Under the pieces are notes generated by a model. The model made no database searches. It was not told the origin of the DNA and worked only from the letters and a program-made list of their open reading frames with translations. 64,000 nt of DNA, taken from assembly GCF_009914755.1 (NCBI RefSeq), contig NC_060929.1. The stretch is one strand, 5' to 3'. This DNA comes from the human T2T-CHM13v2.0 reference genome, Homo sapiens. The position numbers were made by a program, and so were the translations under genes. Shown one piece after another: positions 53,820 through 64,000 of the stretch; positions within the stretch are counted from its first letter, which is position 1; the number at the start of each line of letters is the position of its first letter.

Positions 53820-54460
53820 GGGCTTTAGAATAAGACTGGAGTGTGAGTCAGTCCTAGCTTCCTCTATTTCTGAGAGTTATGTGACTGTGGGCAAATTGTT
53901 TCAGATCTCTAAACCCGCAATTCCCTTGTTTATGAAATGGAGGTCTTGGGGATTGAATGAGATTAAGTCCTGTATAAAATGCTGATGGAGCTGTCAATAA
54001 CATCAGCTTTGCATTATTATTATTTGCATTATTAATAGCATTAGACGAGGCTGAGAGTCAGCTACAGAGGAGACCTCTGTGGGCAGAAGGGTTCACAGAG
54101 GAGGTAGCAAGTAGTGGTAGAGCCAGCAAGGAATGGGTTCCATTTAATGCAGCATAAAGTGAACTCCTCATTAGGGACATGCACCTCCCTCCCTTCTCAA
54201 CCTGCCAGCACTTGTTTTCTCCTCGGGAGACACCTGGGATGGCAAGCATTGTATATGGTAAGGTGGCTAAGAGCATGAGCCCTGGCACCATTGGTTTTCC
54301 ATTCTAGCTGTGCCACTTACTTGTTCCGAGTTAGTTTCCTCATCAGTAGAATAGGAATGGTAATTGTAACTACCTCAAGAATTGTCTCACCAATTAAGTG
54401 AGTTAATGCATGGCAAAGGCTTCACAAGAGGCTGGCACAGAGTAAGTGATTTATAAATAT
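53820..54460 (+). mobile_element. Two plus-strand MIRs (about 53820-54030 and 54240-54460)
   Basis: GTGACTGTGGGCAAATT..GGATTGAATGAGAT; GCCACTTACT..AGTTTCCTCATC. Confidence 0.7.
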
Positions 54461-56084
54461 GAGTGCATATTCTATACTCTGGTTCTAGAGCAATCCTAAG
54501 ACTTTCAAAGACCCTGAACACTCTTCCTTTTGGAGATTTCACCCCACATTTTATCAAACATACTGAAAGTCACCCACATTTCACATTAATTATTATTGTT
54601 ATTATTTGCTGTAGTATGTTTAAAAGAGGTTTTAATGATTTTGCTTTTAGAAGTGTTTGGCTGTGACTAACTCATGGCTATGAAGCCTTAGCAATCGCTG
54701 GACATTTTTGAAAATCCTTTCGAAGTGAGTGATTCTAAGGAATAAATTGTTTTTAAGTGTAATAAAATTTTTATGAACATCAAACTTAACAATTAATGAT
54801 GTTTATATAACATTCCATTATGTAGACATTTAATTAAGCTTTTATCTATTTTGATTTTTCAGTTTTATCTTTTTGTATTTTGAAGCCCCAAAAAATGTGT
54901 TTTCAGACCTCAGGTAAGGCAATAGATGAAGGCAGTCAGGCAGGGACCAGAAAGACCTCTTGGCCACCCCCCTGAAGCTGTGGTTCAGCAGAATCAGGCA
55001 GAGCCTGGGTGCAGAAGGGACCCATAAGCTTATCCATCCCTGTTCTTCTATTTTATGAAAGGGATAACTCAGGTCCAAGGAGGGGAGTGACTTGCCCAGA
55101 ATATAGTGCAGTTTGGTTCTCCAAATGCAGAATCCTGGGCCCTTTCAAACTTGTTGTTGTTGTTGTTTGTTTATTTGTTTTTACATGTTCCAAGATGATT
55201 TTCAAGGAGTGGCTCTCAAAACCCAGGGGAGTGACCTCATGAGAGGTCAACGCAGCTGATGCTGGGAAGGCTCATACAGGTCCACCCAGGCTGCAAGTGT
55301 GTGTAACCCAATGACCAAATCAACAGTGACTTGAACCCACAGCCAGGGGAGCGTGGGTGAAATATGAGCAGACGTTTTCACCAGCTGTTAAAACCTAGCA
55401 GGGGCATTAGGAATCAATCGCAGACTGTGCCTCCTGTGACTTGGCAAACCTCCATGAGGAAGGCTCAAGGGATTGGAAGAGCAGTCACAGGTCTCCACCA
55501 GCCAAGAGCAAACCTGAGCAGAGCTAAGCACTTTTGTGCCCTCTGAAGCAAGGCAACCCCATAACCTTGCAGAGATTCAGGAATGATGGAAGCTGAGGAG
55601 CTACATGGCCATGTCAGGAGGATGACGAGATCGCCAGGCAGCTGCCATCAAGTTAGGGTTCAGAGTGGTCCTGCAGGAGAAGGGGAGATGCCCCTGCCCG
55701 GGACCACACAGGACAGAAGGGCATCTGGACAGTGCCAGGCCATGTTCAGAAAGTGAAGTGCCTTTCCCATAGGAAGGTTCTGGGCCCAAACACTTACTGA
55801 GCACCTACTGTGTAGCTGGCATATTCAATAAGTGTTAAAGGAAGGGAGAGAGAGAGAGAGACTGGGAGGGAAGAAAGGAGGAGGATGCGCCCCTGGACAG
55901 TACGTGCTGTCACTCTGAGTCTCCTCCAAGGCCAGTTTGCGGCTTCTACCTTACATCTTTATACCTTTGAATTGGATGAAATGTATTTTCTCTTGGTCAT
56001 TAGGGCACTGATGCAAAATTTCAGTATGACCTTGTTGGTTCTTTCCACCTGGTCCTTAAGGTTCTGAGGACCGTGTATGAAGCA

Positions 56085-56670
56085 GTATCATGCAGGAGAA
56101 GAAGGCAGGCAAACCTGGTTTTGAATTCCAGCCTAGCCACTATATAGCTGTGGAATTACAGAGACATTCTTTAACCTCTCTGAAACTGAGTTTCTTCATC
56201 TGGGTAATGGGCACTAAGAAATCCTGCCTCCCAGGGCTTTAGCAAAGTACCAACACAGTCCCTGCTACATAGCAGAGGCTCCATCGATTCAGTTCCTTTT
56301 CATGTCTCATGGTCAAGGTGGCCTTGCCTGAAACTAAGACATGGCTCATTGTACTGCTCAAGTCAGAACAAGCCAAGTGTGCTTTGGGCAACTAATGTGC
56401 CTAAGCCTGGGTCATGAGAGTCCTAAAAAGGAACAGGGTGTGGCTCTGGAGCTCAGGGAAACAAAGAGTCAAATGTGGGGGAGACATAGATTTGAAAAAA
56501 AAAAAAAAGAGCCCAGGCTTGGGGTCTGGAGTCTGGGTTATCTTCCTGGCTTTGCCACAAATTTGCTGTGTCCTTGATTAAGTCACAGCAGTTCTCTGAA
56601 TCTCAGTTTCCTCTTCTGTCCTGCAAGGGCAAAACTTGATGGTCTCTAAGATTCATCCTGGTTGAGCAAG
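56085..56670 (+). mobile_element. Two plus-strand MIR fragments (about 56085-56300 and 56500-56670)
   Basis: TTTAACCTCTCTGAA..GTTTCTTCATCTG; TCTCTGAATCTCAGTTTCCTC. Confidence 0.65.
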
Positions 56671-57559
56671 TGCTAAGCTGCATAGCACAAATTTCAGATG
56701 CTTCTTTAAGTGTGTGCAAGAAGAACATTCTCAGAGATAGTTGGAGTGCCTGGGAGCGGCTAGAAAAAATTAGGGAAATGATGCCAAGATTTAGCCACAA
56801 GTGATACTACTAACTTAAGAGGCTGCTCCTGATCTCATGGGGGTCTTAAATTCTTCCCTCCAGTCCCTCTCTCGTGGGTTGTATTAGAAAGATTACTGCA
56901 GCGACTTTAAGCACAACAGGTTGGATTCAGATTAGATTTAAGGAGGGACTTCCAAACAAATGCTTTTGAAGACATGAGCTTGTAAGTGAACAGAGAGAAA
57001 GGTATCATCTACCTTTTAGAAGCCTTAAGATGCTGGGCACAGGTATATTTTGCATTCCTGAAAAGCTATCTGCTAAGAAAATACATTGACTCAATCTTGC
57101 TTAAAATGCATTGGAGTGTTCACTATTTAAAGTCATGGGGATGCCCTTAAATTCACCTGTTTATAAATACAAGCTTTGTTAAACCAGGTTCTTAAAGTGA
57201 AGTTTCCCTAGCTGGATCTCTCTCACAAAAAGTTCAAATGTAATCTTTCTCAGAGGCAGAAAAATAAATTCATTTTCAAGGTTCCTTTCAGACCTATGGG
57301 TCCAGGAATGCATCAAATATAAGGAAAATGTGTAGGATGTTTCTGTATTGGCCAACATGCCTGGTTTCTGTCCCTGGAGGGCCTGCAGAGCCAGCACTGT
57401 CTTCCTTGAGTATGTCTCAATCATGAACACCAGGCAAAACCACAGGAGCAATACAATGGTATCATTGTTCTGGAGAGTTTATTCTGGGGCTTACTAGATG
57501 TTGAGTAGAATTTGGAATCCCATTTGACTTCCATTTACTCTGCACTTTGTACTTTGCAG

Positions 57560-58045
57560 TAATAAGACTGTCAGTGCCATGAGGGCAGGGACTATGTGTG
57601 ATTTGCTTCTCATTGCCTGGTATGGAATGGGTACTCAATAAATAATGGTGAATAAATGAATGAATGAATTAATTAAAATGGACACATCAATTCTAGTTGA
57701 CTTTCTGGCCTTTAGCCAGGGACTTAACTGCTCTGAGCCCCAGTTTCTGCATCCATAGCATGGGGATAGTAAGAGTTCCTACTTTGTAGGATTGTCATCA
57801 GAATTCAATGAGACAAAATAGACAAAGTACTTAGCACATTGTTTAGAACGTAATAGGCACTCAACCAATGTTAGCTTAGTACTACTTTTTCTGTGTAAAA
57901 CTATGTTGTCCTTTCCACAGCCCTGTAAGGAGAAGTATACCATTCCCACTGAACAGATGAGAAAACTGAGGCTCAGAGGTGTCAGGTGACTGCCCCAGGT
58001 CACAGGTGGGACTGGGACTCCTTGGTCTGCCTCTTTCTACTGCTA
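57560..58045. mobile_element. L2 3' end (+, 57560-57670), MIR (+, 57700-57880), MIR (-, 57905-58045)
   Basis: CATGAGGGCAGGGAC..(TGAA)n; CTCTGAGCCCCAGTTTC; AAACTGAGGCTCAGAG. Confidence 0.7.
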
Positions 58046-59565
58046 AACAGTCTGGTGAAATCACAGAAAGACTCATTCCTGGTAATGAGACACTAGAGGC
58101 AATGCGCGAGGAAGCCTCAGGAATATTTGGAAACCCTTCTGAGTTTTTCAGCTCCCCAGAGTACCCTGGCTTTGTGGGGTGAAGTCCTTTGATTGTCTCA
58201 GGTTCCTGGTCTGTTCATGACCCTGTTAGCCCAAAAGCTGGTAGAGCTCCATGTACTGCTACTGTTCTTTGTCTCCCTGACTCTCCCCTGCTCCCCACCT
58301 GCATTGCCTTAGGCATTTATTATTTCCTTAAACATGCCTATTTGCAGAGACACACTGAGCTAAGCAGCAAAAGTGGAGGTTTCCAGTGGGAAGTCCACTG
58401 CGAGGGAGTAGGGCGTCAGGAGAGGTCCTACCAGCTCACCTTGACTGAGATGCTCATATGCTGTGCTTTTGAAAATGCAAGCAGTGCAAGAACATTTAAA
58501 ATTCACCCAGGGGATACGTTCCCTGTGTGGAACCAAGCAAACATGAGTGCAAGTGTGAAACATGACGTCCACATGCACATAGAAGGACAAAACACAGTCT
58601 TTGTCAACTTGATTATCTACCCTGTGGTGAGAAATGAGGGCCTGGCTAAATGGAACACAGATAATCTGGAAACTTTGTTTTGCAAAAAAAAAGGCACCTA
58701 CCCCATTTATACTTTACTGCACTGTTATTAATAAGAAGCTTATGAATCTATTAGATATGGTCTTTGCCTTCCTTCTCCATTCTAAGCTTGGGTTTCTGGG
58801 GACAGTGAAAAGCCCCAAAGGTGGGAAAAGCAAGAGGAGGGCAAACAGAAAATCTGCAAACTCCATCATCCGAATAACAGGGCTGATGGTTTAGAATGTT
58901 CTGCTTGAAAAGCTGGTGTGCATATTTAAATTACAGCTTTCCATACACAGAAAGGGCAGCTGTTACCATTAGCCCAGCCCCCTTTCCGTCTTACTATTAA
59001 AATAGAGGACAAAAGGGGTGCTTTCTTTTCCTGGGTTTCTTTTTTTTTTGGTATAAATTTACAAAATGTGGTTTAAATATTGATTGTATAGGAACAATGT
59101 CACATTTTAAGATTGAGTGTTAGGCGTGGAGCTCTCTTGAAGATGGTTAAGTATGTATTAAGGCCAGGAAAAAAGCTGGTGTGCAGCAATGCCCAGCAAT
59201 AGAGGGCATTCAGGCAGGAGGGGCTGTCATTCATCAGCTACCCAGTCACCCTCATAATTGGTTCAGGGCAAAGGGGTCTCACCTTTTCATGCTTCTCTGT
59301 TTTGCCAAAAATACTTAAGAGAGTGGGGGAAAAACCTAGTACGCTTTGTGTCTCTCAAAGACAATGTGTTTTATCAGCATTAGCAACTCATAGTTGGCTA
59401 AGGAATGAGGCAGGTTCCTAGAATCCAAATCAAACAGCTCCCGTTAGTAAACTACTAACTTATAAAGTATTTAAGCCTAGGACTGGGCAGAAACAACATA
59501 TGAAAATGTAGGTAGCATTGCAGAATATTCTGATGAGTAGAAATCATGTATAAAAAGCACAAACT

Positions 59566-60150
<585 letters not shown>

Positions 60151-61130
60151 GTGTTACTTGGCCTTGACTAGATATTTTACTAACAGGTGCCATCCTAGTT
60201 ATTCCACATCCTTAGAGTCATTGTAGATCTAGAGAGATCTAGAAGTAGTTCTGTGGAAACCAGGTAGAATGCTCAGAGGGCAAAATAGGAAATACAACAA
60301 TAGGATGGAAAAGAGGTTTGGCCAGGAAAAGAGGAAACAGAAGCACTTCAGAGAGCTGAGCCTGCAATATTTGGAAGGGGTGCAAACAGCTTGTTTGGTT
60401 TCTGTTGAGGTCCAGATAAGAGTAAATAGGTTAAATTAAATTCGACCATGTAAAGCTAGATCATCAGAGGCAGAGTGTCGGATCTCAGGCTATCAGTCCC
60501 TCAAAGAACTGCCTTTATTGAAGGTGGATGAGGGAACAGTCAGGTTGAGGAGCATTTTATGCTTTTGTGAAACTGATGAAGGCAAGGTCTACCCTGCCTC
60601 TCTGAGTTCTTTTATAAGTACCCATGATAAATTTCCACCAGTGTATAGTTCCAGAGGAGGAAATAATGTAGTTCCTACAGAAAGCTGTGTATGCCTTCCA
60701 TGTCAAAAGATAAAACCTCTGTACATGGGTATCTTTGTTTTTCTTAGCTGTTAGAGAATTCAGAGACAGATCCTTGGGTATTTACATCTGCTCATTTATG
60801 GTGCCTGAAAGGTGCTATTTCTGGTTCTTGTAGCAGATGAACTCATTTCAGGCCATTGATAATATTAATATGTCTTGTTTTTCAGCCTGCCATTCATCTC
60901 ACATCTTTTGGGAAGTGAGTAGGCTCAAATCTCATATACTCAAGATGAAATGGAATAAAAAGGAAAATTATTGATTAGAAAGAAACATGAGGTTCTAAGA
61001 TAGGTTTTCAAGGTGGATTGGAGGATTTCTATCACTTAAAATGACCAATAATGGAGGGCCAGCCATTTGACTCAATATTCTTGGCCATCATTAGTCACCT
61101 GTACTTGTGTGCTAATATTCGGGTCTCTAT

Positions 61131-61488
61131 ATTGTTGTCCCCTCCTCCCACAATCCATGGTTTTACTTTCCATGGTTTGTTACTTGCAGTTAATTGTGGT
61201 CCAAAAATATTAAATGGAAAATCCACAGATAAATAATTCATAAGTTTTAAATTGTGTTCTGTTCTGAGTCATGTGATGAAATCCTACTCTCTTTGCCTAG
61301 GATGTGAATCATCCCTTTGTCCAGTATATTCACACTGTACAGGTATGCATGCATAGGAAAAAATCATAGTATATATAGGGTTCAGTATAGGCTATGAACT
61401 GAATATATATACTAGGGTTCATAGTATATATAGGTTCACTATCCATGGAGTCTTGGAACATATCCCTGAGGACTAAGAAAGACGACTG
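61131..61488 (+). mobile_element. MER44A-like (Tigger7) element
   Basis: AAAATATTAAATGGAAAAT..ATTCATAAGTTTTAAATTG..GTGAATCATCCCTTTGTCCAG..TCTTGGAACATATCCC..ACTG. Confidence 0.82.
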
Positions 61489-61929
61489 TAACTATCATGG
61501 TAAACACCCCAGTATATTGCATGAGTGAGTGATGGTAGTGAGACACTGTTTAGGTCAACCTGTTGCCCATTTGCAATTTCATGCATGTAGGGAGATCAGT
61601 CATATGTCCTACAATTGTCATTGGCCATAGATGAGGGGGCATAAATGGGTAGCCCCCCAAGGGCAATTAATGGATCATCATCATCTCTAACATTTCCACA
61701 CCTAGGATAAATGCTGTCAGAGTTCTGGTATCTGTGAAGGTTTGTGGAATTAAATTAAGATGAATGGAATATAATTGAAGTGACTTGAACTACACTGAAC
61801 AGAATTAAATTGAATTGCCTAGTCTTGCCTTGCATCAGGGGAATGTATTACCTTTGCCTGCTAATCAACTCTAACAACAGTGCAAGAATAAGTATAGCAT
61901 GCTGAGCATAATGTTTGAAATTTAAACGT

Positions 61930-63360
<1,431 letters not shown>

Positions 63361-64000
63361 AGCTCCCCTGTCCCTGCCTGGCTATATTCTGCAAATACCC
63401 CTAGGCCAGGTATAGGATGGGAAGTGGAAGGGTAAGGGTGGAAGCTCTAGCTGGGCTAAGGCCAAGGGTGGAAGAATTGACATTTTGATGCTTAAGTGGG
63501 GCTTTGGGACTCTCTTTACAGTTACAGTTCCCATCCCTGAAATATCTACTGGGTTCCCCTGGAATATGTGTTTCAGGAAACTACACCTTCTACCCCTCTG
63601 CTCTGTGTTCATAAGGTGCTGTAACCAAAAGAGAGTTTGGGAAGGCCTGAGGATGCTCTTCATAATGTTGCCTCTTTAAAGTGGTCCACGTGGGGTGGGT
63701 ATCAGTTTATGTCCATGAACTGATGAGATGGATGATGACAGATCCCTTATTTTCTCTAAATCAAATTAAATCCAACCCACAGCAGCCCTGACCTGACTTG
63801 GCTGGCATTGACAGGAACTCAATCTCAGCCTTTGATTAGGCCTCCATCCCTCTCTGCTCCCTCCCCATCCAGAGAGTCATACAAAAGTCCCTGGGGACCT
63901 ATGCTTAGCAGTGCATTCATGGTGACTCCTCTGGTCCTAGGCCCATTGTGGTCACTGCTGATATTCTCATTGTACAATTGTGCATGTCCCTTAGAGCTGG

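Noticed and set aside
58189-58731. 180-aa ORF, the longest non-repeat ORF
   Set aside because: Starts at TTG, no recognisable domain or promoter; this length can occur by chance in 64 kb

Overview
Primate, almost certainly human, non-coding DNA: a large intron or intergenic interval. No protein-coding exon, RNA gene, CRISPR array or non-repeat CpG-island promoter can be supported, and I could not identify the host locus. The background is MIR/L2-rich and L1-poor, with about 17 Alu/FAM/FLAM copies or fragments, many hAT and Tigger DNA-transposon fossils, and several repeat-free blocks rich in developmental transcription-factor motifs. The dominant feature is a full-length ~3.04 kb SVA retrotransposon (SVA_F-type, minus strand, 47094-50130). 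It has a perfect 13-bp target-site duplication, an expanded ~1.8 kb VNTR, an extra 5' G and 53 uninterrupted CCCTCT hexamers. Read antisense, the hexamers form open poly-GR and poly-GE frames with usable start codons. Three small complex rearrangements look like templated-insertion or template-switch scars (24430-24488, 45195-45305, 61364-61445). Repeat family names come from recalled consensus sequences, and boundaries of ancient repeats are approximate.
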